Virus record (IMG/VR): IMGVR_UViG_3300010371_000029
Coordinates: 1-64,000 of that record
Reading direction: 5' to 3' (one strand)
Origin: a virus
DNA: 64,000 nt
Shown: positions 36,341 to 46,121 of the stretch, piece by piece
How positions within the stretch are numbered: the first letter of the stretch is position 1
Layout of the letters: every line of letters starts with the position of its first letter
Program-made: the position numbers and the translations under genes
Notes under the pieces: model-generated
What the model was told of the DNA's origin: nothing
Seen by the model: only the letters and a program-made list of their open reading frames with translations
Databases searched by the model: none

Positions 36341-36362
36341 TATTTAAGGAGTGCGCTAGCAC

Positions 36363-37409
36363 ATGGAATATTATGAGCGGGAACAATTAGTTCTAAAACT
36401 GATTAGCGGGACCACCTTTCTAGAAGTGGGCGACCTTCTTGAATTAAAAACCCCTACTAGAGTTCAACGTTTAAGAGCCTCTATTCTTTATCAAGAGGCA
36501 TATACCGAATCTCGTAATAACTTTGTCCTAACTGAAGAAGAGGCTTACGGTGCCCTTATTGATATGGGGGCTTGGTCGGAACAAAAGGAAGTTTTATTAG
36601 AAAAGTTAAAGGAACAATTGGACGAAATGAAGATTACGCTTTTTCAGAGCATTTTTAAAAGCAGTGGGCAAAAAGCTTTAAAAGATGGGATAAAGCTGGC
36701 CAAACAGAATATAGCTTCTCTTGAAGCCGAGAAGAACTTTCTCTCTAACTATACCTGCGAAGGGGCCGGGCGACAGGCGAAGGAGTATTATTTATCGCTT
36801 TGCGAAATCTATAGCGGCAGTAGCCGCTGGATTGACCCGGATTATGCCATTTATAACGGAGTGGACCATTTTGACGAGATTCTAGACGCCCGTTATGATT
36901 TTAGGTACACAGAGGGCAACATTCGTCTATTGGCCCGCACAGAGCCTTTCAGGGCCATTTGGAACAGTTCGGATAGAACAGCCAAGGATTTATTCGGGGC
37001 CTCAGCGGGGGATTTAAGTCAGGAGCAGCAAATGTTGCTTCTTTGGGCCACCACTTATGATAACATTTACAAAAGTCCCGACTGCCCCTTAGATGAAGTG
37101 GTAAATGATGATGACATGTTGGATGGCTGGTTAATATTAGAGAATAGAAAAAATAGCCGCGATAAAGAACTTAAACAAGGAGAGGTTACAGTTTCCGACA
37201 AGATTAAGCGGGCTCAGGAAGTTTATTTGATGGCTGACACGGCCAAAGACGCTAAAAGGGTGTATAGTTTGAATGCGGGGTTAGCTTCTAGTACGATTAA
37301 ATCAAGAATGGATACAATTAAGAGTAAGGGAACGGTTTCGGAAATGGAAATGCCGGATGTTCAGCAGAAGTTAGCTATGGAAATTAATAAGGCCAGTATG
37401 AAAAGGTAA
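36363..37409 (+). CDS. Tail assembly chaperone-like protein
   Basis: Between tail tube and tape measure; helical; P.DEVVNDDDMLDGW. Confidence 0.5.
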   Translation: MEYYEREQLVLKLISGTTFLEVGDLLELKTPTRVQRLRASILYQEAYTESRNNFVLTEEEAYGALIDMGAWSEQKEVLLEKLKEQLDEMKITLFQSIFKSSGQKALKDGIKLAKQNIASLEAEKNFLSNYTCEGAGRQAKEYYLSLCEIYSGSSRWIDPDYAIYNGVDHFDEILDARYDFRYTEGNIRLLARTEPFRAIWNSSDRTAKDLFGASAGDLSQEQQMLLLWATTYDNIYKSPDCPLDEVVNDDDMLDGWLILENRKNSRDKELKQGEVTVSDKIKRAQEVYLMADTAKDAKRVYSLNAGLASSTIKSRMDTIKSKGTVSEMEMPDVQQKLAMEINKASMKR

Positions 37410-37417
37410 GGAGATTT

Positions 37418-37762
37418 ATGGACGACGGATTTAATCATTTAAGTCGGTTAAAGAGGGCCAGTGTTGACACGAACAAACAACTTGCTTTAACTAAGAGCCG
37501 CGAGCGGCTAAAAGAGTTGCAACAAAAACGACTTAAAACGACTATGATTGGTGCATTGGATAAGTTTGAGCGATTTTTTGGAGATTTATGGGGACACGGC
37601 AAACATCCCAACGAATTAACCTCTAAAGAGGCAGAGTTTCGTCAAAAATGGGAAATTTGTCGCACCTTGATTTTGGATAATGGAAATGCTCAGGTTCGAG
37701 CTTTGAATAATGAACTAGAATCATTTAAAATTATTTTACAAACGATTAAGGAAAGGGATTAA
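37418..37762 (+). CDS. Hypothetical protein
   Basis: AAGGAG RBS; TTMIGAL..FE..FG.LWG. Confidence 0.7.
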   Translation: MDDGFNHLSRLKRASVDTNKQLALTKSRERLKELQQKRLKTTMIGALDKFERFFGDLWGHGKHPNELTSKEAEFRQKWEICRTLILDNGNAQVRALNNELESFKIILQTIKERD

Positions 37763-37764
37763 GA

Positions 37765-38571
37765 ATGAAAGAGAATAAGAAAGAGACTTTTAAGGTAAAG
37801 AAGAATGATGCCGAAGTGGTTTTTGCGGTTAATCGACCCACTCCTCGTCAATTAGAGAAGGCCCAACTTCAATATAACATAGCCCTACAAGAAGCTATTA
37901 AGGACAAGGCGCTGCTTCGTGCAACAGTAAACTCGCTTTTGCGAGAACAGGGGCTTTGGAACGATGAAAAGGATAAGAAAGTCAAGGATTTGATTTCTCA
38001 GATTAGAGAGAACGAACGGGCACTTAAAGAGGGGGGAATTAAACTTTCCAAGGGGCGTGAAATTGCTCTGAAAACCCGTAGATTGCGGGAAGAATTAGTA
38101 AATGAAACTTCAGTTAAGAACGATTTGGATGGGGCAACCGCAGAGGCACGGGCGGAAAATCGTCGATTTGATTATCTTCTTACCCAGTGTCTTGTTTACA
38201 ATGATAGCGGTAAGCCCTACTTCGAGAATTTGGAAGCATATACAAACTATGTTGAAGAGGACGAAGTTCCTGTTAAAGGGGCGCGTATCCTCGCGGCGAT
38301 GATTTTTGGTTACGATAAAGATTTAGAAAAGAAGCTTCCTGAAAACAAGTTTCTTCAAACGTATAAATTTGTAGATGAAAATCTGCGATTTATTAATAAA
38401 GACGGTAAGTTAGTTAATGAGGATGGGCAGCTAATAAACGAAGACGGCCGCCTAATTAATGAAGATGGACAATTGATTGATATTAACGGTTCGCCCATTA
38501 ATGAAGATGGGGAATCTTTAGTTGAAAGTAAACCATTTATTGATGATTTGACTGGTCAGCCGGTAGCTTAA
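37765..38571 (+). CDS. Tail assembly chaperone-like protein with INEDG repeats
   Basis: Position before the tape measure; C-terminal 7-aa repeats. Confidence 0.55.
   Translation: MKENKKETFKVKKNDAEVVFAVNRPTPRQLEKAQLQYNIALQEAIKDKALLRATVNSLLREQGLWNDEKDKKVKDLISQIRENERALKEGGIKLSKGREIALKTRRLREELVNETSVKNDLDGATAEARAENRRFDYLLTQCLVYNDSGKPYFENLEAYTNYVEEDEVPVKGARILAAMIFGYDKDLEKKLPENKFLQTYKFVDENLRFINKDGKLVNEDGQLINEDGRLINEDGQLIDINGSPINEDGESLVESKPFIDDLTGQPVA
38392..38517 (+). repeat. Degenerate 21-bp (7-aa) tandem repeat, about 6 units
   Basis: INKDGKL-VNEDGQL-INEDGRL-INEDGQL-IDINGSP-INEDGES. Confidence 0.85.
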
Positions 38572-38593
38572 GATAAAATTAAGGTCCAATTAG

Positions 38594-38628
38594 GGGGTCT
38601 GGTGCATTTCTGCGCTAGGCCCCTTTTT
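38594..38628 (+). terminator. Rho-independent terminator
   Basis: ggggtctggtgca-tttc-tgcgctaggcccc (G-U pairs) followed by TTTTT. Confidence 0.75.
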
Positions 38629-38669
38629 ATTTATAACGAGTACGTTCTAAATTTTAAAGAAATAATTGA

Positions 38670-41600
38670 ATGGCTTCAAAATTCGTAATCTCTGCTGAGT
38701 TAAATCTTCAGGGTGTGACCGGGCTTAAAGAAGCACAGACTTCTATTAAGAAAGGTCTAGCCAAAACTGCATTACAAATTGATTCCATTACTGTTAGTCA
38801 AAAAGCTATCAGTCAGGCCCAAAGGGCTATTAATAAGGCTGTTTCCGCTAATTTAAATATTTCTAAAATTCGTTTTGCTAGTACAGCCCTGAATAATCTT
38901 TCTAAACAACTTCAAGGTGCCCTATCTAAACCTATCAATATAGGTTCTATTAATTTAGGTAAAGCTGGATTTGCTAATATAGCACGGCAAATTAATCAGG
39001 GGTTGGCTAATAGGACCATTACAGTTTCTCAATTAGCTGTTTCCAGAAGCGCGGTGAATTCTTTAGCTAGAAGTATCAGTGCGGGCCTAGCTAATGCACG
39101 TTTCACCTTACCTATTTTTAACGTTAGACAAAATGTTGTAAGTTCTATTTTAAGTCAAATAAGAAATCAACTTCGTACTGCGCCGCCAGTAACTTTGAAT
39201 ATTCGGGCAAATGTTTTGGGAACAACTCGGTCTATTTCAGGAAGTGGTGGTGGAAACGCTATTAGACAGATTAGGGCTGATTTAACTGACGCTAATAGTG
39301 CGCTCGCACAGTTTGGTACGCAGGCCGGTTTTACCTTTAAACGGTTCCTTGCTTATAAAGTCACCACTGATATATTCTTTTCTATCTCTCGCTCTATCGG
39401 AGCCGCCACGGAAAAGTTCCTTGAATTTGACCGTGAATTAAGACGCGCCCAACAGGTTACGCAAGAAAGTGAAATTGCTGTACAATCCCTTTCCCAGGCC
39501 GCAAGGGATATAGGTAAAAATTATGGTACTTCATCTTTAGAAATTTTAAAATCGGCGACTACGTTAGCTCAGGCGGGCATCCCATTAAAAGAAGTACAAG
39601 ATATTATCAAGGTTATAGGTAAGACTGACCTTGCACCTACCTTTACTTCGATTAAAAATACTACCGAAGCCGTTATTGCTATTAAAAATCAATTCAAACT
39701 TAGTACAAGTGAAATAGAACGTTCATTAGGGTCTGTGAATAAAGTTGCGGCAGATTTCGCCGTTGAATCAGACGACATTCTTGAAGCGGTTAGACGTGTG
39801 GGTGGTGTTTTCGCCCAAACTAATAATGGAGTGGAAGACGGTGTACGCAATTTTCAACAGTTGATTGCTGTATTTACCGCTGTCCGTCAAACTACCCGTG
39901 AAAGTGCCGAAGCTATTTCTACTGGCTTAAGAAATATTTTTACTCGTTTACAACGGCCTAAAACTTTGGAATATTTGGACGATTTAAATATTAGGTTGAG
40001 AGATGCTAGGGGCGAGTTTATTGGAATTTTTCCAGCACTGGAAAAGCTCAATTCAGCATTCAAACAATTAGAAGCTAAAGGTGATACTTCTACCAAATTC
40101 GCTATTTTAGAGGAAATTGCGGGTTCGCGCAACCTTTCCCGTGCTTTGCCCGCTATTAATCAGGTTGGGACTGCTAGGAGTGCCTATTTCTCTGGTTTAT
40201 TGGGAGAAAACAGTCTTAATGCTGAGAAAGGTATTGCTGGAAAATCTCTTCAAAATCAAGTTAAAAGACTTGGAGAAACATTTTTTGATACTTATACCGA
40301 AATTGCCAACAATGACAGTGTAAAGAAAACCGCCCAATCGTTTATTGATTTATCATCTTCTATCTTAACTCTTACTAAAAATTTGGCGGGTCTTACTCCT
40401 GTTTTAGCATCTTTAGGAGTGGGGTTTGGACTAAAAGCTTTACAGACAACTCTCTTTAATTTCGGTAAGGGATTTTTTGGAGCTTCCCTTCCAAATGGAA
40501 CTAGATTATCTCCAAATGCAAATTCCAAATATACGGCTTCGCCTAGTCAATTGGTTCAGAGAGCTTCTTTGTTTCAAGGAACTCCTAGGATTCAATCAAG
40601 TTATTCAGCTATCTCGAATAATCAACGTTTCTACCGGAATGCAAAAACGTCTGGATTATCTTCTACTATTTTAGGTAATTCTGTTTTACCTGATGGTTCA
40701 ACACCGGAAGCTAAGGCTTTATTAGGAGCACAAACAGGTATTGTAAATGCAAGAAATAGAATTTCTAGTTTACAAACTAGTATTCAATCTTCTACTAATG
40801 CTAATGAAATTTTAACTTTTAAACAATCTTTATTAAAATCTGCAAGAGCTATTTCTGTATTAGAAACAACGGTTTCTCAATTAACACCGGTAGTTGCTCA
40901 ACAGACTAGACTTATTGGTGGTTTTGGTGGGGCTGTAGTGAATGTTGGTCGCGGAACACGTAGGGTTTCAACTTTAGGTCGAATTCCTAGAGGTTTGAGA
41001 AATTTAGGTAGTGCAGCTTTGCGTCATTCGCCTGGAATAGTTAATAGCTTAAGCACGGCCGCTCTACTCGGTACGTCATTTTTGGATACAGAACAAACAC
41101 CTGATTTATCTAATTCTAGTTCTAAAAGAATAAAAGCTTCTTTACAGGGAGCAGGATTTGGTTCGTTTTCTGGTGCTTTTGTTGGAACACAACTTGCCGG
41201 ACCAATTGGAGGAACGGTTGGTGCATTAGGTGGGGCGATTGGCGGATTTATTAGTGCTTTTGATAGGGCGACTAGAGAGATAGAATCTATCAAGATTGAT
41301 AGGTCTTTAAGTGAATTATCTGGTAAATTTTCTACACTAAGAGAAAAATTAGCTGATGTTATTAATCCTTTAGAAAGATTGAAAATAATAGCCGAGACAT
41401 TTGGCGGTAAAGACCCATTAGATGAAGTTTTTAAGGAATTTGATAAAAAAAGAAATCAGAACGAAAAAGAAGCTACGTTCGGACGAGACGTGGTTCGAGG
41501 AATTTTTTCTCCTTATGAAGCAGTCCATCGTTTTTTGGGGGGGAATCCAAGACGATTTGGCGCTGCCGACACGATTAGTGATTTTGTAGGTCTTAGTCCA

Positions 41601-44600
41601 AATCAAGAAAATTTAACTAGAGATACGATATCTGACCCAGCGTTACATAAAAATTTTACCGAAGCTATTCTTAATAAGGCTGAAATAGCTGCTTCGAGCG
41701 GTATAAGTTTTGGGGACTTTTTAAGACAAAATATTGGCGGAAGAAATGTATCCGACGCTATTAATTTATTGGGAAAATCTAATCTACAAGGAACCACCGA
41801 AAAAGAAAAGAACGCAGAGGCGTTGCGTAATAATAAAATTTTACTTTCTGCTACTAAAGAGATTTATGATTTTAAGAAAAGAGAACCTGAAAATGTTGAA
41901 GTCCTTCGTAAGTTTAACGATGCTGCCCAACAGGCTGTGGAAAGATTTGAACAGTTTTCCGACGCTTTAGATAATGCTAAAGACCAAATTGGGCGATTGG
42001 GCGATTCTGTAGATTATGTAACAAAAATAGCTGAAGGTGGGACGGGCACTCCTACGCTTTTAGGTGGGTTGAATAAACTCGCACCTACAGCTACCGGTGC
42101 GGGCCGCGCTGGGTTTGAAAGTGTTTTAAAAGGCATTTCGTCTTTTGGTAATGATGATGAACTTGCCCGTCAATTTATCGAACAACGCAACCTTAAACCT
42201 TTTTTAACTGACGTATTTTCCAGTATAGCTAATAAAACCATTCTTAAAAAGGAGGATTATGGAGATGTAGGTATTTCTGATGAAGATAGAAAAAGATTAA
42301 ATATTCCTGTTCCAAATTATGAAAGTAGAATTCAAAGTAGATTTTTAAAACGAGTTGATGAACAAGGTTTTAGTGGTTCTACAAAGTTAGCACTTCAAAA
42401 GTCTTTCGAGGAACTTGGACAACGTGAAGGCGGAATTGAACATTTTATTACTAAGGCTTATGAAACTAAGGCTTTGCCCGAATTAGTAAAGGATTTTACA
42501 AGATTTAATGATGATTTAGAAAATTATTTCCATGATAAGGGACAGGCGATACTTAGCTCGCGCCAGATTATATTAAATGCTAAGGCTTCCGCCGATGAAT
42601 TAACATTTAAAAATGCGGCTAGTTTAGATAAGATTGCAAATATTGGGGAATTTTCACTAACTCGAAAGCTTCGCTTTAAATCTCCTTCTGAAGTCGGAAA
42701 TGCTCTTCGGGCATTCTCCGACAATCAATTTAATGTTCGCCAACAGCGGCTTGGTGGGGCTATAGGTCTCAATGCTGGGGCTTTGAGTACACAGGCTCTT
42801 GCGGCGCAGCGCGAGGCCATTAGCCTTCGTGAAAAGTTGAGGGACTTTGAACACACCGCTTCAAATGAGGATGAATTCAATAGATTGTCAGATTCATTTT
42901 TGTTGGCACAACGAAAGGCGGCCAACCTTAGAGAGGCCCTAGAGGGTCTTACAGACTCGCAGGCTCGCCTAGCAGGCGTGAGTAAGCAGTTGGCCGAGGT
43001 TGAGAGTGAACGAGCCCAAAAGGCCGCTCTTGCCGAACACCTCCTTACTGGAGGTCCCGATGCTCAGGCTCAATTCAGGCTTGGTCAAAATTTAGCCCGG
43101 TTTGTTAATGAAAAAGGTGAATTCCAGGGCGGTATAGTCAATGGTGCCGGCCCAAGAGGAAAGGCAGGATTCGTCTCTGCCCAGTTCGCCCAAGCTAATA
43201 TTCTTTCCAATCCTGACAATGTTAAAGCTCTCGCTAACTATCTGGATTTGACAGGCAAATCCGAAACAAAGACCTCGCTGTTCGCGAGATTGGGAGGCTT
43301 TGATGCATCTAAAGAAAATAAATTAATTAATGAAGCTGAGGAAATAGAGAATTCGGCCAAGACAGCTATTAAGTCTCTTTATGAACTTGGGCAGGCTTCC
43401 ATTGCTAACATTACCGATACGGCTAAAGCTTCTAAGGTTAACTTTGAGTTGGCTACTGCCACCATCTACGCAAAAACTGTAGTCCTTTCAGGAGAGATTG
43501 GGGCTACTCATGCCGCGATGGGTGGCCTTATGAAATCAAGAGGGACTGACACGGTGCCGGCCATGTTGTCTCCTGGGGAGTACATCGTTAATGCTAAAAG
43601 CGCTAGTTCTAACCGGGCTCTCTTAGAGCATGTTAATAAAGCTAGAGGACCTATATATCGGGCAGATGGTGGGCTAGCCTATGCACCGTCAAATTTGGAT
43701 AATATGTCTTATGAACAACTAAAAAAACAAACTGATAGTTTTAAAGCATCAGATTTCGGACCGGACTTAACAAAACTTAGAGATGAAGCTCTTGCAAAGC
43801 AAGCTTATGAAAGACAGCAGAGAATTAATAGTTTAGTTAAAGAAAATCAAGAAGCCCAAATATCTAGATTAAATCAGGGGGCCGCCCAGCAGAGTTATAT
43901 TGATAGTCTTCCTAACTACGGTTCACCTTTAGATAAATTAGTAAACCACCCATTAGACGTAACGGCCGGCTTCTTTCATGGGGGGGCTGACGTTTCTAGG
44001 GCGGTTGTAACTACTCCTTTTAAGGCTTTAAAAGCTATTCCAGGTATAGTTAAAGACCCGGAAGGAACTTATTATGCTACTGAGGCCGCTATTAAGAATT
44101 TACCAAAAGGTATTTCACATACAGCGTTATCTACATTAGATTCTAGCTCTGCTCCGATAGAACTTGGTAGAACTTTAGGGTCAACAGCAGCTTCAAGTCT
44201 ACCTTTACCAGGAATTACCGCTGCCGCTAGTGCTTTGAAATATACTGCTCGCGGAATCAAATTTGGGCAAAATACCTCATCTTTTATTAAAGGGTTAGGT
44301 GTTTTGGGAGACGTTGTTAAAGCTGAACAGGCTGCTCCTTTACACCCATTAGGGACCGTTTCTCATCAAGTGGCTAGTAGAGTTAAAGGAACTAAATCGG
44401 TCGCAGACGCTATAGAAGCAATAGCATTACAAGCTGTAGGTAAAAGGGTGAAACCAAGAGTTAAATTGGGTGACCCAATTCTAGGACGAGTTAGTGAAAA
44501 TACTTTAGGTATAAATCTAACTAGTAATTTAGGGAATGCCGCTAAAGCTGGATATCCATTAAAACCAAAAATTATAGGACAACTTCCCCAATCTGCTCTG

Positions 44601-46121
44601 GGTCCTTTAACTGAGGCAGCTTCTCCAATCAGGTCGCAAGTTTTAGCTTCTCTAGAAAGTGGAGATGTTGCTCTTGCGGAAGCTGTTAGACCCGCTTCGG
44701 CTAAACGTGTTAAAGATATATTAAGTGTTTTACATTCAAGTGCAAAAGCATATAAAACTTATGGAAGTAGGATTAACAAAGGTACTTTTAATACAACCGG
44801 AAAAGTTAGTGGGTTGAAAGCTAGTGGTTTAACGAAGGTAGCAGAATCTAGATTAAAACAGATGGTGGATACCACAAATGCAATTGGAGCTTCTCATAAA
44901 CAGGAAATAAATACTCAAGGAATTTCATTTCAAAATCTTGATATTTTTGGGAAGGCTCATCCCATTCAATTAGTTAGAGAAGGTTTACTGGCAGATTATG
45001 GGTCTCGCGTTTTATCACATGAGACGGGACATTCTTTATTAAGTATAGTAGCACAAGAATTAAGACAGGGGGGTCTGTCTTATTCAAAACTTAAAAACCA
45101 TCCTTTAAAACATAGTCCAATTATTCGTGCGGCTAGATTATTGAACCGATATGGTCTTAGTGGTGGAACAGACCCAATTAAAGGTTCACAATTTACAGCT
45201 ATTCATGAAATTTTTGCTATATTAAACGAATTCAGACCTAACGAATTAAAGTATCTAAATCCAGATGGAACAAATCTTTCCCGTTCAGACAGAATATTAA
45301 AACTTTTAACTAATCCTGGTTATGCGTCAAAACTTGACCCCAAAACAAAGATATTTATTGCTAAGTTCGCCAGTTCTTTAGAAGCGGCCGGCTATGCTAC
45401 GGGCGGTCATGTAAGGGGAGCTTCGGATACGGTGCCCGCTTGGCTTACTCCAGGTGAATTTGTAGTTAAAAAGGGTGTTGCCCAAAGAAATAAAGCTCTT
45501 TTAGAGAGCATGAATAATGGATATGAAAGCGGAGGAGAAGTAGAACCAAAATTTAGAATCCATCATCCTCATAAGCCCTTAAAATCTAAATTTACTGGAA
45601 CAAAACAAAATGAATTAGAAAATTATATTAAGCAACGTCGTCAATTTATTGATAAACAAAACGGGGAAAATGCTGCTGGACAATTATATGCCGCCGAACA
45701 ACAAAGAAGACGACAAGAATATCAAGCACGCCAAACAAATGCAAGAGCTAATTTTTTCCAGCGTGGATTTGGGTTGACAGGAAATCGTTTTGGTTCTATA
45801 AATAGAGAGCAGATAGACCAAGAATTAATTCGTCGCGGCCACAATCCTGATAACGCTAGAGTTAGTCCAGAAAATTCGGCGTTTCTTAAAGTTTTCATAG
45901 AGCGCAGTGGCGAGGCAGCAAAGAAATTTGAGGAAGCATTTAAAAATATTCCGCGCGAAATTACAATGAAGGTTAATGACGTTAATGTTAATCTGGGCGG
46001 CTTAGATATGTTGAAACTTCTTAGTAAAGAAGCAACAGACCAAATTGCCCAAAAGGTATATGAAAAACTTAAACATCTTCCAAATTCGGAAAAGGCTAGG
46101 ATTTTTAAAGGATTAGCATGA
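38670..46121 (+). CDS. Tail tape measure protein (TP901-like core) with C-terminal extra domains
   Basis: EFDRELRR...LAQAG...NKVAADFAV...TRESAEAISTGLRNIFTRL; GG-rich TM region; two GG...DTVPA.L.PGE.(I/V)V motifs; HETGH. Confidence 0.9.
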   Translation: MASKFVISAELNLQGVTGLKEAQTSIKKGLAKTALQIDSITVSQKAISQAQRAINKAVSANLNISKIRFASTALNNLSKQLQGALSKPINIGSINLGKAGFANIARQINQGLANRTITVSQLAVSRSAVNSLARSISAGLANARFTLPIFNVRQNVVSSILSQIRNQLRTAPPVTLNIRANVLGTTRSISGSGGGNAIRQIRADLTDANSALAQFGTQAGFTFKRFLAYKVTTDIFFSISRSIGAATEKFLEFDRELRRAQQVTQESEIAVQSLSQAARDIGKNYGTSSLEILKSATTLAQAGIPLKEVQDIIKVIGKTDLAPTFTSIKNTTEAVIAIKNQFKLSTSEIERSLGSVNKVAADFAVESDDILEAVRRVGGVFAQTNNGVEDGVRNFQQLIAVFTAVRQTTRESAEAISTGLRNIFTRLQRPKTLEYLDDLNIRLRDARGEFIGIFPALEKLNSAFKQLEAKGDTSTKFAILEEIAGSRNLSRALPAINQVGTARSAYFSGLLGENSLNAEKGIAGKSLQNQVKRLGETFFDTYTEIANNDSVKKTAQSFIDLSSSILTLTKNLAGLTPVLASLGVGFGLKALQTTLFNFGKGFFGASLPNGTRLSPNANSKYTASPSQLVQRASLFQGTPRIQSSYSAISNNQRFYRNAKTSGLSSTILGNSVLPDGSTPEAKALLGAQTGIVNARNRISSLQTSIQSSTNANEILTFKQSLLKSARAISVLETTVSQLTPVVAQQTRLIGGFGGAVVNVGRGTRRVSTLGRIPRGLRNLGSAALRHSPGIVNSLSTAALLGTSFLDTEQTPDLSNSSSKRIKASLQGAGFGSFSGAFVGTQLAGPIGGTVGALGGAIGGFISAFDRATREIESIKIDRSLSELSGKFSTLREKLADVINPLERLKIIAETFGGKDPLDEVFKEFDKKRNQNEKEATFGRDVVRGIFSPYEAVHRFLGGNPRRFGAADTISDFVGLSPNQENLTRDTISDPALHKNFTEAILNKAEIAASSGISFGDFLRQNIGGRNVSDAINLLGKSNLQGTTEKEKNAEALRNNKILLSATKEIYDFKKREPENVEVLRKFNDAAQQAVERFEQFSDALDNAKDQIGRLGDSVDYVTKIAEGGTGTPTLLGGLNKLAPTATGAGRAGFESVLKGISSFGNDDELARQFIEQRNLKPFLTDVFSSIANKTILKKEDYGDVGISDEDRKRLNIPVPNYESRIQSRFLKRVDEQGFSGSTKLALQKSFEELGQREGGIEHFITKAYETKALPELVKDFTRFNDDLENYFHDKGQAILSSRQIILNAKASADELTFKNAASLDKIANIGEFSLTRKLRFKSPSEVGNALRAFSDNQFNVRQQRLGGAIGLNAGALSTQALAAQREAISLREKLRDFEHTASNEDEFNRLSDSFLLAQRKAANLREALEGLTDSQARLAGVSKQLAEVESERAQKAALAEHLLTGGPDAQAQFRLGQNLARFVNEKGEFQGGIVNGAGPRGKAGFVSAQFAQANILSNPDNVKALANYLDLTGKSETKTSLFARLGGFDASKENKLINEAEEIENSAKTAIKSLYELGQASIANITDTAKASKVNFELATATIYAKTVVLSGEIGATHAAMGGLMKSRGTDTVPAMLSPGEYIVNAKSASSNRALLEHVNKARGPIYRADGGLAYAPSNLDNMSYEQLKKQTDSFKASDFGPDLTKLRDEALAKQAYERQQRINSLVKENQEAQISRLNQGAAQQSYIDSLPNYGSPLDKLVNHPLDVTAGFFHGGADVSRAVVTTPFKALKAIPGIVKDPEGTYYATEAAIKNLPKGISHTALSTLDSSSAPIELGRTLGSTAASSLPLPGITAAASALKYTARGIKFGQNTSSFIKGLGVLGDVVKAEQAAPLHPLGTVSHQVASRVKGTKSVADAIEAIALQAVGKRVKPRVKLGDPILGRVSENTLGINLTSNLGNAAKAGYPLKPKIIGQLPQSALGPLTEAASPIRSQVLASLESGDVALAEAVRPASAKRVKDILSVLHSSAKAYKTYGSRINKGTFNTTGKVSGLKASGLTKVAESRLKQMVDTTNAIGASHKQEINTQGISFQNLDIFGKAHPIQLVREGLLADYGSRVLSHETGHSLLSIVAQELRQGGLSYSKLKNHPLKHSPIIRAARLLNRYGLSGGTDPIKGSQFTAIHEIFAILNEFRPNELKYLNPDGTNLSRSDRILKLLTNPGYASKLDPKTKIFIAKFASSLEAAGYATGGHVRGASDTVPAWLTPGEFVVKKGVAQRNKALLESMNNGYESGGEVEPKFRIHHPHKPLKSKFTGTKQNELENYIKQRRQFIDKQNGENAAGQLYAAEQQRRRQEYQARQTNARANFFQRGFGLTGNRFGSINREQIDQELIRRGHNPDNARVSPENSAFLKVFIERSGEAAKKFEEAFKNIPREITMKVNDVNVNLGGLDMLKLLSKEATDQIAQKVYEKLKHLPNSEKARIFKGLA

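Noticed and set aside
32166-38571. Contractile tail sheath or a tail-chaperone -1 frameshift
   Set aside because: No sheath-like or baseplate wedge gene recognised, and no convincing slippery site linking the pre-TMP ORFs.
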